A stretch of DNA of 64,000 nt from assembly GCF_009914755.1 (NCBI RefSeq), contig NC_060936.1, one strand, 5' to 3'. Positions within the stretch are counted from its first letter, which is position 1, and each line of letters begins with the position of its first letter. Below the pieces are notes generated by a model. It searched no databases. It saw nothing but the letters and a program-made list of their open reading frames with translations, and was not told where the DNA came from. Of this stretch, positions 14,954-28,329 are shown piece after piece. This stretch comes from the human T2T-CHM13v2.0 reference genome, Homo sapiens. The position numbers and the translations under genes were made by a program.

Positions 14954-17242
14954 AATAAAGCACTTTTAACTAAAATATATCAAATTTGAAACAAACTATA
15001 TATAAAGTTTTTTTCTTCTAAACTTCATATTTAGTAAGTGCATGGCCAGAAAAAAGAGAACAAGAGTATGTACCAAGTAAGCAAAAGTGTGTTATGACAT
15101 TTTTTTCCTGAAACTTTTCTAGGTAGGAATAAACATTAATTTACATCTTCATTTGCATGAACACAAAACTCTACTATAATCTAGATGCTATACTTCTCAA
15201 ATTTAAAACAAAAGTACAAAAACAAAAACAGTAAACACTTTAGGTGAATGTTGTGTTAAATGTCTATATTGAGCGTATATGTACACATATATTTATGCAT
15301 ATGTGGATGTGTGTTTATACATATATTCTATGTATATATCCTTGGGTGGGAACAGGGTGCAAAGATCTAAGCATAACATATCTCCACAGGGATTTATGTT
15401 CTTTTCAGTCTGGTATCTTTTAACTTAAAAACAACTCGATGAATAGAAATCATAAAAGCCATCCTTACAACAGCATTAAAGTGCTATTCTATTCTGCAGC
15501 ATTCCAAGTGAATTATTGCTGTGCTGTCAAAGAAAACAAAAACATTTGAGAAGGACTGTTTATTTTACAGTGGTTGACCAAAAGTATGCAAGTGGTTATA
15601 AAAAAATGTAGACAGCTAACGATGGGAGGTGCCACTTGCACATTCTGAAATCCATTCACAAACCTTTGACACTAACTCTTGATCACTGGAGATAATATTA
15701 GAAGCAAAGCATTTTTCACGGGGAAAATCCTAGCACTTTGAAAGCATTTCAGGTCAAAGCAAATAAATAAAACCTCTATCCCTCATCCTGTATCACTGGC
15801 ATCTCCTCACTCACAGAACCTAATGGCATGATTGTTTTTTCCCAAGAAGAGCAAGAAAACTTTGCAAAAATATTTCTCTCAGAGGTTATGGCAATGAAGG
15901 ATTTTTGTGCCATGAAACACGTGTTGCCCTTTGTATTTAAAGATTAAAATAAAAACTGCTGTTGACAATGTTAATAGATTCTTTCATTAAACAAATATTT
16001 CATTTTAGAGCTATATGGGAAATTAGAGACCTCAAACACAGTCCCTGTATATTAAAGATAACAAAATGTATACTTAGGGAAGATAAATGACTTGCTTAAG
16101 GTCACACAGCAGGTAGCATGGAAGGATGAGTTAGAAGTACTAGTTCAGTGTTTGTATTTGTATGTTTTGCCTCAGAATCAGACAATGTACAGTTAAGACC
16201 TCATCGATATCTCCCGGTAAATGCTTATTTAATGTTTAAGAATTTTCACTGGTAAAGAGATTCTTATTCCAGGAGTCTAGGTCTTGGGGTTTAGGTTTCT
16301 TTTACTTAAAAAAAAAATTCCTCTGATAAGTGAGGATTCATTTAACTTTCTGGTGGATCATTAGGTACCTTTCAAGAAATGAGAATAATCATAACTGGCT
16401 CTATTTATCTTAGCATGGGTTGAAAGATATGAAAAGTTCCTTGATATGACTGGCACGATTCTATCCCATAAAACCACTCGTAAATATCAGTTGAAATAAT
16501 GCCTGTAGGGAAAATTTTCAAATGTCCTTTCTGTCAATGCAGAAATGCCAGTGCAGCTTGTTTTCTGGGTGGCATGTAAGTTGTAGACAGGCACCACATT
16601 TTAGACATATTATGGTGGTGCGGTGAATTGACAGGCAGTTTACCACCATTTCCATGTATTAGATTATGTGTACCTCTGGCTATCCTGACACTTTGCCCCC
16701 AAAGTGGAGATAGTGAAAGAGAAGGAGAGAGGGAGAAGAACTCCTCGCATCTGTGCCCCTACCTCAGCAGCTCCTCCTCCTTGTCTCTGAGGGTCTCCAG
16801 AGTTTGAGAGTTTGGTGTCATGTTGGCCCAAGAGACTGTTGTCCTTTTGACAGCTCGGCTGTTTGTATCTCCAGAATGAAACATAATCAGATTTTTTTCA
16901 GATGTAGCATCTGCCTTCCCTCCAACATCCTTGGGTTAATCACGTGCTTGCTGGCCAGGATATGTAAATAAGACTTGGCTAAAAAAAACCCTTAAAGGAT
17001 TATGAAGCAATCTTGCTTAATAGTAGCAGAACAAAACAAAACAAAAAACCACTCCAACAAATCCTCCTGTGTGCTACCAAGTAATGGAAAGATCCAGTTA
17101 TGACTGGAACTGTCCTGGCCTGAGTATTGTCCTGGACCCAGAGGGAGCGAAGGAGGGAGGGAGGGAGGGAGGGAGAAAGAGAGAGAGAGAGGGGAGAAAT
17201 ATGAGAGGAGGAGAGAAATTGCTGAAGGAGAGCTTCACTCAC

Positions 17243-17793
17243 TGACTCCGCACACATTCCCTCCCAGTGGTTGCTAATGAAGAGCCCGTGCTGGTGAAGG
17301 AAGCCTGCTGATCCCGGAACTGGCCTTGCGCGCAAGTGGTGGGATGACAGACACATTCCCTTCCTTGAACTGCACTCTTTTCCCTTGCACTCAGAGGTGG
17401 CCCGAGAGAGCCCCGGTAGGTCCCGGAGTATGTTTCCATGCTGCAGAAGGCATGGAGAGATTCCAATTGCGGGGGTTCCTCCGTAGCCTTTGCAGCTGAA
17501 CGTCTCCATCTCCTGTCCCTGGGCGGTCAGTCGCTGGCATGGCTCTGTGGAGTTTTACCTCCCAGTTGTCTATCACCAAAGCTGTCCACCTTGTCCGGAG
17601 GGGAATGAGCGTGGAAACCCCTGGCGGCTGTACTGACAAAAGCAACCTTAGTCAATGACAGAGCTGGGCAGGCGGCGAGGTCTTGCGGGCTGGCCTTTCT
17701 GCTGCTGGTAGGAGGATCATGTGCTGCTATTTCGGAGGCTCCTGCCAGTTGGCCCCTGCCCACCTTTTCTGTTCATACTGAAGCAGCCAGGAA
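17243..17793 (-). ncRNA. HMGA2-AS1: 5' (or large internal) exon of antisense lncRNA; upstream boundary uncertain
   Basis: TCA|GTGAGT donor (actcac 17237-17242). The 5' end is either a TSS in the GC-rich island or the minus-strand acceptor cttcctctttctctcag| at 17794-17810. Confidence 0.65.
17268..17297 (+). CDS. HMGA2: HMGA2 alternative terminal exon, coding part WLLMKSPCW* (92-aa isoform)
   Basis: Branch-like CTGAC (17242-17246), cattccctcccag|TGG TTG CTA ATG AAG AGC CCG TGC TGG TGA; tail recalled as an HMGA2 variant. Confidence 0.85.
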   Translation, partial: WLLMKSPCW

Positions 17794-18109
17794 CTGAGAG
17801 AAAGAGGAAGCCTCGGCTGTGCTCCGGGCTGCGCTGCCAGGGTTGCGTCTGTAGCAGGTCCAGCAGCAAAAACAAAACAGGGCAGAGCCCAGGGAGGCCC
17901 CAGCCACAGCAGCTGAGTGTGGAAACAAAGCAGCCCGCCCGCCCTGGGAAGCTGCCGCAGGCTGTGGAAGGGAACTTCTAGAGAGGCTGCATCCTCTCCA
18001 AGCCGGGAAACTGAGGCCTAGAAGACATGTGACGTATCTGAGCAGTGACCAAGCCAGGAGTAGAAATGTCTCCTGAGGGCCTGTCCCCACTGCTGTTTGG
18101 TTTTAATCG

Positions 18110-18295
18110 CTCAGCTCTTAATAGTGTAACCCTGGACAAGTGACTTACTCTCCCCAGCCTCCATCTCATCTGTAAAATGGGGATGAGAAAATACCTCTAA
18201 GGGTTGTTGTGACAATTAAATGAGAAAGCATAAACAAAGCACTTGGCACAATGCCTGGCCACTTAATGGGCCCTCAGTAAATGTTGGCTAGTTAT
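18110..18295 (+). mobile_element. MIR
   Basis: ctggacaagtgactt…ctcatctgtaaaatggggat…acaatgcctggc: MIR core. Confidence 0.85.
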
Positions 18296-18889
18296 GTGAA
18301 CCAGAACTTGAGATGGAAGTGAAGCAGAAACGATAGGGAGTTGTTCAAAAATACCTGATCTGCTAGGGAAATATTTTTTAAAACAAGGCTGCTTTTCACA
18401 AGGAGGGGTAGGCACACTTGAATTAAGATCAGATTGATTATATGTTTTTGTTCAGCTTTGATGTTGAATTGTTTAATCAAATGGCAGACTCTGCCCCGCT
18501 TCCAGGAAGAGCTCAACTCCAACTAGGAGGAAGCAGGTAATGTGAGCCATGGCATCTTCCCCGTTTAGATTTCCTGACTCTTTGTTTATCTTCTTTGTCA
18601 ATGTGCGTCTGAACCTTCCCAACAGAGTTTAAAATGTTCAACTTCAAAGCTAAATTCTGATGGAAAACACTTCCTAAGAGGCTGAAGGCTTACTCTAGGG
18701 GTGAAAGAAGAGGAAAGGCGATGGATCACACCACATTTGTGGAAAATGTTAATGCTATGTGATCTTGCCTCCTTAGACCCAGATAGATGCAAAGGATAAG
18801 GAACTCGGTTTATAGCAACAGATACTCCAAAAGTGCTTTGCATCCTGTTCTGACACTAACTGGTTGTGAATCACTTGTTAAAGATAAGG

Positions 18890-19090
18890 ATAACAACAAT
18901 ACCATTTCTTGAGCCCTTACTGGGTGTCTGGTATTGTGCAAAGTACTGTCTATATATTACCTCAGTTTCCACAACAACCTTATGAAATATTTCTTCCTTT
19001 TGTGATGAGGAAAGTGAGACTTAGAGAGAAGTTAAATAACTTGTTCAAGATCACTCAGCTAATAAATGCTCCTATGCACTTAGTCACTGT
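18890..19090 (-). mobile_element. MIR
   Basis: gatgaggaaagtgagacttagagagaagttaaataacttgttcaagatcac: reverse core. Confidence 0.75.
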
Positions 19091-19394
19091 GCTATGTCCT
19101 GCTTACCCCTTAATGTTGACCTTAATCCTAACTTGAATTTAGGTTAATGTCTATGCACTGCTTTTTTTTCACCTGCAAATCAAGGGCTGTACTAACAGTT
19201 TTGCTAAGGCCACTTCTTTGAAAATTGTAAATATTTCCAGAAAGAGGCACAGTTTACAATAAACATTCTTGCTTTCCAAATAAATTCTCCCCTATTAAAA
19301 TCAATGTACCAGTTGTTATTTTCATACCTATGCATTGTTTAAGATAGAGAGTTCAGGACACAATTGAAAACTGGGAAAAATAATCTCGTGGTTC

Positions 19395-19689
19395 GGTTTG
19401 TTAGTTTGAGACGCAGTCTCACTCTGTCGCCCAGGCTAGAGTACGGTGGCCCAATCTCAGCTCACTGCAACCTCCAACCTCCCAGGTTCAAGCAATTCTC
19501 TTGCCTCAGCCTCCCGGGTAACTGGGATTACAGGCGCGCACCACCACGCCCAGCTAATTTTTGTGTTTTTAGTAGAGATGAGATTTTGCCATGTTGGCCA
19601 GGTTGGTCTTGAACTCCTGACCTCAAGTGATCCACCCACCTCGGCCTCCCAAAGTGCTGGGATTACAGGTGTGAGCCACCGTATCTGGC
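19395..19689 (-). mobile_element. Alu (AluSx-like)
   Basis: Reverse dimeric Alu. Confidence 0.95.
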
Positions 19690-19707
19690 TCTCATATTTT
19701 TTATATA

Positions 19708-19937
19708 CAGATTGAATATCCCTAATTTGAAAACCTGAAATCTGAAATCTTCCAAAATCCAAAACTTTTTGAGCAGTTACATGATATTTGAATGAACTGC
19801 TCATAAGAACATTTTGGATTTCAGATTTCCAGATTAGAGATGCTGAAGAGGTAAGTATAAGACAAATATTCCAAAATCTGAAGAAAATCAGAAATGCAAA
19901 ACAGTTCTGGTCTCAAGCATTTCAGACACTCAGCCTG
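19708..19937. mobile_element. Tigger4a/MER46-like DNA transposon
   Basis: TA|cagattgaatatccc…actcagcctg|TA termini with internal gaaatctgaaat repeats. Confidence 0.8.
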
Positions 19938-20249
19938 TATTTGCATGCTCATGGCTGTTGGGAAAAATTAACATATTCACCAAATTGTGCCTGGTCAATT
20001 GATAATGACTGATCAATATTAATGCACAAGTATATCTACTTTTGCTGTCAAGGGCAAAATTTAAACTTTACTTGCACTAGTCTTTATCTCTAAGGAAACT
20101 TGTACATTTATGCATGTAATTTGGTATCCTCAAGGTAAAAAGTCCAAATAGCATTATTTACTAAGTGAAATTTCTCTATTAAGATTTTTCATATCCTAAT
20201 GGAATTATGCTTCTAAATTCTCAATATTTATTAGTATTGTTGAAATTTT

Positions 20250-20460
20250 GTGAATTAGATTCATCTGGATTAATATGTACTAGAATCATTACCTGTATGA
20301 ACTTGGACGCGTTTCTTAATCTATCTGGGCCTTAGTTGCCTCAGCTGCAAATTGGGAATGAAAATGGTATCATCATATTATAATGGTTGTTGAGAATATT
20401 AAATGAGCTAATTATGTAAAGTGCTTCAAATTGCGCCTGGCACATAGTGCTATATGTGTT
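20250..20460 (+). mobile_element. MIR
   Basis: Degenerate MIR core ending gcctggcacatag. Confidence 0.7.
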
Positions 20461-21418
20461 AATTAATTGTATTAATCACTTGTGACTTCCAATTGATTCT
20501 ATTTTAATTGATATTCTATAATATAATTTGCTTCCTTCATCTCTCATGTATACAAATTAAATTTGTATAGAAAGTCTTCTCTTCTAAGAAATTTTCATTC
20601 TTGTACTTCACCCTCTCTTTAGCTCTGTAGTAAGTAGTTTCTGTTTATTTATTCCTTAGAACTTTATCTAGAGAAGCTTTTGATATTAAGCTGTGACATA
20701 TAACAGATGAAATTACAGTCATTGAATTTATTTTCTCTGAATTACAGATTATTTTAGGTAGAATTTATCTTCCTTTTTTTTCTGGTGCCCAAGTCTTAGA
20801 GAAACATGTTTTCAGCCCTGATCATGATAAATAGTGGGTTTTTTAAATGACATCACGAGATACATATTTCTCAGATACAAAGGATTGTTGTTATGTTCTT
20901 TTGGCCAGAAGACACTCGTCTTCCTGGGAAATGTAGCCACAAAATGCTGGGTTTTAGTTTTATTAATATCCTTGTAGATTAAAAACAAAATGTTTTCCCT
21001 CTAAGTTTTTGTTCTTTTCCATTTGGCAAACCCGGTGATTTGCCACATGAGCCAATGTGTGTCTCATTTGCTTATTTTCTTGTGCACTAGCAGCCCTGGT
21101 GATAGCATCTGGAATGTGTGCAGTCCCTGGGAACAAATAACATGTTGGAAAATGGTTTACTTGGTGGCAGCAGGATCGCTCATGCACCTGACAGCACATG
21201 CCACGTATCTCAAGCCATTTGCCTTTGGTAAAAGTAGTTTTAAGATAGGCTGCCTCTCCCCAAATTTTTGTCCAAATAATAACAACAATGATAAGAAAAG
21301 ATTTTTATAACCAATGACTTTGAGAGTCAGATTTTCAAAATTATTTTAATATTTGAGCTGATGATATCAACTATGCCATGAAATTTTGTTTTGTTTTGAG
21401 GGAAATTACTCAGTTAAA

Positions 21419-21620
21419 TGGGGAGGAACCCTTAGTTCCGGGAACTGCCCACCCCTTTCCTGGAAAACACATGAATAAGCCACCCCCTTGTTTAGCATAT
21501 AATCAAGAAATAACTTTAGGTATCCTTAGTCCAGCAGCCCAAGCTGCTGCTCTGCCTATGGAGTAGCCATTCTTGTATTCCTTTACTTTCCTAATAAACT
21601 TACTTTCACTTACAAAAAAA
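21419..21620 (+). mobile_element. MER41 (ERV1 LTR) 3' fragment ending in AATAAA and an A-tail, flanked by a 16-bp direct repeat
   Basis: ggaggaaccc…gtttagcatataatcaagaaataac…gctgctctgcctatggagtagccattc…aataaactt matches recalled MER41; repeat aaattact(ca/ag)gttaaa at 21403-21418 and 21618-21633. Confidence 0.8.
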
Positions 21621-21846
21621 TTACTAGGTTAAACTGAATCAAGAAAAAGATCAGACTTTGAAAACTTGGTTTACATATATATTATATATGTTGGTTTATT
21701 TTCACCATTCTTAAAAACTGTTCATTGACTAAATGATACACAGATTTAAGAGGTTAAGAGACTGAGTGGAATTTAGACCAGACTGTTCTTAAGCTGCTTT
21801 CAAGCTCACATTTCACTTAAGGGTAGGGACTCCCTGTCACCCTTAG

Positions 21847-22180
<334 letters not shown>

Positions 22181-22830
22181 GGGGAGCTTCTTTTGATTCA
22201 TCATTCTTGCAGGGAATTACTGAGAAGGACGTGAGCTAAAAGACAACACAGAGGTGTTCGAGGAAGGAGGTGTGAATCCAACCAGGCCAGACCATTGACT
22301 TCCAGAGAAATTTCCAGACAAAGCTTCTCAACCCACCAGCCAAGACCCAACCCACAGCGGTCACTTTCACTCTATCTTATCTTGAACATACTCTTGCTTT
22401 TTCAAGGCACAGTCTATAGAATTCCACATTTTCTGTTTTATTCATTGCCTTCCTCAGTTTCCCTTAATAAGTAAGCAAGACTTGAACTACAGGTTATGAA
22501 ATTCTTGGGATTAATGACTGAGCTAATTTAGAAAGAAATGCATGTTCCCCATGGCTCAAAAATATAGAAAGCCAATTACCTAACTCCTATCTATTTGACA
22601 ATTTAAATGATGCGTTTTCTATAAAGAGTTCATTACACAAACGCTGACTCCCCCCCTCATAAAATGGATGATATTTTAGTGAGGCGTTTCAAAGACAAAA
22701 GAGTTTGATGACTTGGTTTAAGGCCAGTTCAATGAAGGCAATGAAAACCTTATCTTGGCTATTCTTTTTCAAGCTGGCATTCCAATGAGTCACCATATGG
22801 AAGAGGATTAAGGAAAATATTTTATACTTA

Positions 22831-23236
22831 GGCTAGGCACAGTGCTTCATCCCTGTAATCCCAGCACTTTGGGAGGCTGAGATGGGTCGATCACCTGAGG
22901 TCAGGAGTTCAAAACCAGCCTGGCAACATGGCAAAACCCCGTCTCTACTAAAAATATGAAAATTAGCCTGGTGTGGTGGCGTGTACCATAATCCCAGTAC
23001 TTTGGGAGGCTGAGGCCGGTGGATCACTTGAGGTCAGGAGTTCGAGACCAGCCTGGCCAACACAGTGAAACTCCATCTCTACTAAAAATATACAAAAATT
23101 GGCTGGGCATGGTGGTGCGAGCCTGTAGTCCCAGCAACTCAGGAGGCTGAGGCAGGAGAATCACTTGAACCCAGGAGGCAGAGATTGCAGTGAGCCGAGA
23201 TCACGCCTTTGCACTCCATCTCAAAAAGAAAAAAAA
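22831..23236 (+). mobile_element. Alu with an extra left-arm copy (three-monomer structure)
   Basis: Two successive gaggtcaggagttc…ctactaaaaata units before the right arm. Confidence 0.9.
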
Positions 23237-23544
23237 TTTACAGTTAGGATTTGTAAAATTTTAAAAATCTTAAAGAACAATAGTTAAATCTTACCTTCTA
23301 TAATTAAAATAATTAAATATTAAGGATTCTTTGGAGTTGCGTCATTAGGAGCTTTACAGTAAGATATCTTACTAGCCAATATTAGCCTGCCACAGGCAAA
23401 TTAAAAAAAAAAAAAAGCAATGACAACAACATTTGAGTTTGTTAATCTAATTGCCCCTTCCTTGCCATCACTCCAAGGCATTAATGTGTCTTTTAGATGA
23501 TTGCATTAAGTTTTCTATTAGAATTTCCTCTCCATCTCTCTCAT

Positions 23545-23575
23545 ACACACACACTCACACACACAGACACACACA
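23545..23575. repeat. Imperfect (CA)n microsatellite
   Basis: Read directly. Confidence 0.8.
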
Positions 23576-23696
23576 AACCCCCTAGCCATTGGTGTTCCTG
23601 AGGTTATGAATCCCCTTTCCATAGCGGTTTGGGAACATAGGATATAGTTTATGAGTTAGGGAGGCACAAATATGTTCTTAAAAGGAAACCTTCAAA

Positions 23697-24004
23697 CCGA
23701 CTGAGTGCAGTGGCACACACCTGTAATCCCAGCACTTTAGGAGGCCGAGGCGGGTGGATCACTTGAGGTCAGGAGTTTGAGACCAGCCTGGCCAACACGG
23801 TGAAACCCTGTCTCTACTAAAAATATAAAAGTTAGCCGGGCGCAGTGGTGTGCGCCTATGATCCCAGCTACTCGGAGGCTGAGGCACGAGAATTGCTTGA
23901 ACCCGGTAGGTGGAGGTTGCAGCTAGCCAAGATGGCGCCACTGCACTCCAGCCTGGGCGGCAGAGTGAGACTCAGTCCCCCCCAAAAAAAGAAAGAAAAG
24001 AAAA
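23697..24004 (+). mobile_element. Alu (AluS)
   Basis: Dimeric Alu with A-rich tail; TSD-like gaaacctt on both sides. Confidence 0.95.
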
Positions 24005-24038
24005 GAAACCTTAGAATAAAACTACCTTTGACTCATAG

Positions 24039-24385
<347 letters not shown>

Positions 24386-26250
24386 CCGTGGTGTGCTAAC
24401 TCTTATGACAATGATGACATAGGGACCCAGGGACCACCCTCCCGTTAGAGATGCACCATGCTCAGCCCGTCTAACTTCGAGCCTGCTCTTTCCACCAATA
24501 ATCAGCTGCCTTCTGTGTCCACACTAGGAGGAAGGATATATGCTTGATATCTTGTTTTATTATACTGTTGAATTTCATCATCACCCTACTCTTACCCACA
24601 AAAAATACCCAAAGTCTTAAATGTTTCTTAAAAGAAATATTAGTTGTGCCCATTTTAATCTCCTGAACTTTATGACCCTTGTCCAATGTTCAACTAGACA
24701 TTTAAGATTTCTTTCATTTGGCTTTTGGTAAGACTCATTTTTGGAATTAATACAGGATCACTGTTTGTTCTCCTCAAGTCCCAGAAAAGAAAAAGGGACT
24801 TTTTCCTACAAATCAAACTTCAGCATACCACGAGCTGCCAGTGTTATTTGCTATTTGTTCCTTGTCTTTTCCAACAAAGTGACCTTAGCACTGAATCAGG
24901 AATGCTTAGATGTAGATGTGCACAGAGGACCCTTTGTAGTAAATATATTGTAAATACATATCTAATAGGTAAATATACGTGTATATGTATATATACCCAC
25001 AGATTTTTAAAAAGTGAATATTCTAGAGAGTTTCCATTCCAAGAATGCTCATTGAAAACACAGTACACAAAAGGCCAACAAGGAATAGGATAGAATATTC
25101 CAGCTTTGCAGAATGGTGAGTGAATTGGGCTTTGACTTTAAAGAGGTATGTAGGTGAGGAGTTGCTGACAAACCTGTTTGAAAGTGGTTTATGTCATGGG
25201 AAAGTACGTATCAGGGCTGTTGCGAGGATTATCTTCTTTCTTTCTCACAGCAACTCAGTGCGGTAGACTCTGTTATCATCCTCATTTCACTGATGAACAA
25301 ACCAAGGCACAATGAGGTAAAGGCATCTGCTGTAGGACTCAATAGCTGATGAATGAAAGAGCCAGGCAGGGCAGACTGGCTTCAGAATTGTACTGTTTTG
25401 CTTCCTATTTCTCCCTACATCCTAGCCCCACTCACATGGAAATCACTCTGAAAAATTCTTCTGTCTTATTCCCTAAAGACAGTCCAGCCATCTTCCTCCT
25501 AATTCTTACCCACTTGTATTTCTTCTATAATTGCTACAAAATGGTCCTATACAACAACAACATCGTCAACTCACAGAGTAGAAAAAAAGCAAAGAACCTT
25601 ACAAATTCCTCTGGGCTAATTTTATCAGCAAAACACTCAGCAAAATGAGAGTTGCCCAAGTCCTGAAAATCATTATGCCACAAAGTTAGTGGTTACCAAG
25701 TTCAGCCCACTATTTAAGTATAGTCATTTAAATAGGCCACTATTTAAAACATTGTGTTATCCTCATATACTCAACTCAATAGTACAGAGACCATGTTTTA
25801 TGTCTCTTTGCACGTCCAGCCCTTAGCACAGCACCTGAGGCATATTCCTCAACAATTTATGCTTGTTGGATGAATGATGGACTGAATAAATTAATAGGTG
25901 TTAGCTTTTAGTTTTTTCAAAATCATGCTTACTTATTCATTAATATATTCTTGTGATTTGATCAATGCAAAGAAGAGCAAGATCATCATCTAGCATTATC
26001 CTGAATACTATTTAATATATTTCTATAACGTTGCCTAAGGTATATATCTTTTGTTTTGTTGTTTTGGAAGCTATACTATACAATTGACTCAAGCAAGCTA
26101 CATATACCATGAAAATCAGCATTGTTCTCCCTCACAACCCCCATGCACACGTACTCAGCTTTCAGATAGACCTGAACTCCATGAAAGGGAAGTCCTTCTT
26201 GGATTAAGCTGAGATTGAGAGGACTATTTTACCGCTTCTTCAGTATATTC

Positions 26251-26553
26251 TTTTTTTTTTTTTTTGAGATGGAGTCTCACTCTGTCACCCAGGCTGAAGT
26301 GCAGGGGCGCGATCTTGGCTCACTGCAACCTCTGCCTCCCAGTACAAGCGATTCTCCTGCCTCAGCCTCCTGAGTAGCTGGGATCCCTGGTGTGCATCAC
26401 CGTGCCCGGCTTTTTTTGCATTTTTTGTAGAGACGGGGTTTCACTGTGTCACCATGTTGGCCAGGCTGATCTCGAACTCCTGACCTCAAGTGATCTGCCT
26501 GCCTCGGCCTCCCAAAGTGCTGGGATTATAGGCATGAGCCATAGCGCCCAGCC
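26251..26553 (-). mobile_element. Alu (AluS)
   Basis: Reverse Alu; TSD-like cttcttca(g/a)tatattc. Confidence 0.95.
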
Positions 26554-27199
26554 GACTTCTTCAATATATTCGTATATGTGAATTGAGCCTTCCATTTCTT
26601 CCTTTACCTCCTCTTTCATCCATTGGAACCAGTTGACTTTTTAATGTAAAGTATAGAAACTCAGCCGCTCTGACCCTGTTTTGATTCCAAACCCTTGTAC
26701 CTACCAGACCATTTAGGAAGACTGGGATAAATAAGCATTATAACTCCAGGGAGCTTTCTGATTTCATGATCCATTTCTGTTTCTTAGGGGCCAGACAGTG
26801 CTAGGCTTACAGGAGACTCAAAATCTGTAGTTAACCACAGCAATAAATGAACACAAAGGAAATGCAGATGTAAGTAGGGGATAAACTTTGAGTGGTTCCA
26901 TCAGTAGTGATTCATGATGTTGAACTACAATAATATTTTCCTCCACACACTCTCCCAGTTCCCATTGTGACACTGGAGCAGCATTTAGGGAAGACAGTTA
27001 GGCTTGGGGGTGCGTTCTGTGGTCATGGCTGTGGAAGATTGGTCCTACGGCTGTTAATCTGGCTGACAAATGTTTCATCAACATGCATTGTTGAAAGTGA
27101 CATGATGCACAGTGCTGGTTAAGAGTCGCGTAAATAATAAAATGCCCAAGATGGGAGAAGAGCAGTTTTCCTGGCTTCTCCAAGTTTGAGCTGCAGAAT

Positions 27200-27430
27200 C
27201 AGAAGCAGTAGAATAGAGAGAGAAGAGACAGGACACTAGCTTGGGTTCCAGCCCCAACTCTGCTGCCCTGTGCTGCGTGGCTGCAGCAAGTGACTTATCT
27301 AATAACTGTGGGTCTCAGTTTCCTCACTCATAGTATTAATGATCATTTCTCAGGAGTATTAAATAAGAGCATGAGTTTAAAGAGCCCAGTCCCGTGCCCA
27401 GCACAACGGAGGCTACCCTCCAAAGGTCAG
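27200..27430 (+). mobile_element. MIR
   Basis: gcaagtgacttatc…tctcagtttcctcac core. Confidence 0.65.
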
Positions 27431-28329
27431 TCCCTTTTTCTGTGTGTTTCATCCTCTCTTGGCAGCCTGTTTGCTGCATCTCTCAGCTGACTTTTGTCCC
27501 TTCCTGCTCACTTAGTCAATTCAGAGATTACAGTTTGTACAATAATGCGCTGCCTTGTCTTCTCGCTGGTGAATCTGGACCGGAGTGCTCTGCCTCTGCG
27601 CCGACACTCACTCTGATGGTCTTGGCTGGAGGACAGAGGCTGCTGGCAAAAACCTAAGAGGGAACATACCGTGGTAGCAGCATGAAAGAATTTGGCAAGG
27701 AGGTGCTCGTCACATGATTGTGATTCATACTGTACTCTCAAAATGTGGCAGGAGGGCTAGGAGAGACTTTTAATGCCAGCACACAGAGCAGAGACACTCA
27801 TTTTCAAACATCACATTCTTTTTATAGTACAGGCATGCCTCACAGGGAAAATATTGAACTTGGCCTGCCAGCACCACGAGAGTCGTCCCAACTGTGATTT
27901 TATTGCTTGAGTCACTCCCTGAATCAGATACTGGCTGCACGGAGGAAGTCTTCTATTAGGGATGCTTTGAAATTGTGTTTTTAATTAATTAACACCAACT
28001 CTGGACAGGTTTTTCATTTACTCCTAGCTGACTCTTTTTTGTCTTTTCTTTTTTTGCCTGAAACTTGTTAGACATTTTTGTAAGGTCTCAGTTGGATCGC
28101 TTTTAAGTATCCTGGTGAAAGAGTCATCTGTGTTGGGTGACCAAAGCGAGGGGACCCTTCAAAGTAGAGTTTGTCATCTCCGAGAGAATCTGATCCATGG
28201 GAATGGGGTCGTCAGGAAAACGGTCCCTAAAAGTCTGGCATAGCACTTTTTGATGCCTTCAGCCGTCCTCAATCCATTCATCCTGTTGTTAAAACTTAAA
28301 ACTAGAGCTGGCCAGCTGTTGAGAAAAGT

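Larger units (their letters stand above)
17120..18050. promoter_or_regulatory. GC/CpG-enriched promoter- or enhancer-like island (likely HMGA2-AS1 5' region)
   Basis: Local rise in GC and CpG in unique sequence within an AT-rich intron; purine tract 17150-17199; antisense donor at its edge. Confidence 0.6.

Noticed and set aside
16759-16766. let-7 8-mer site CTACCTCA
   Set aside because: Intronic and upstream of the 17268 acceptor, so not in any mRNA I can infer; about one is expected by chance in 64 kb.
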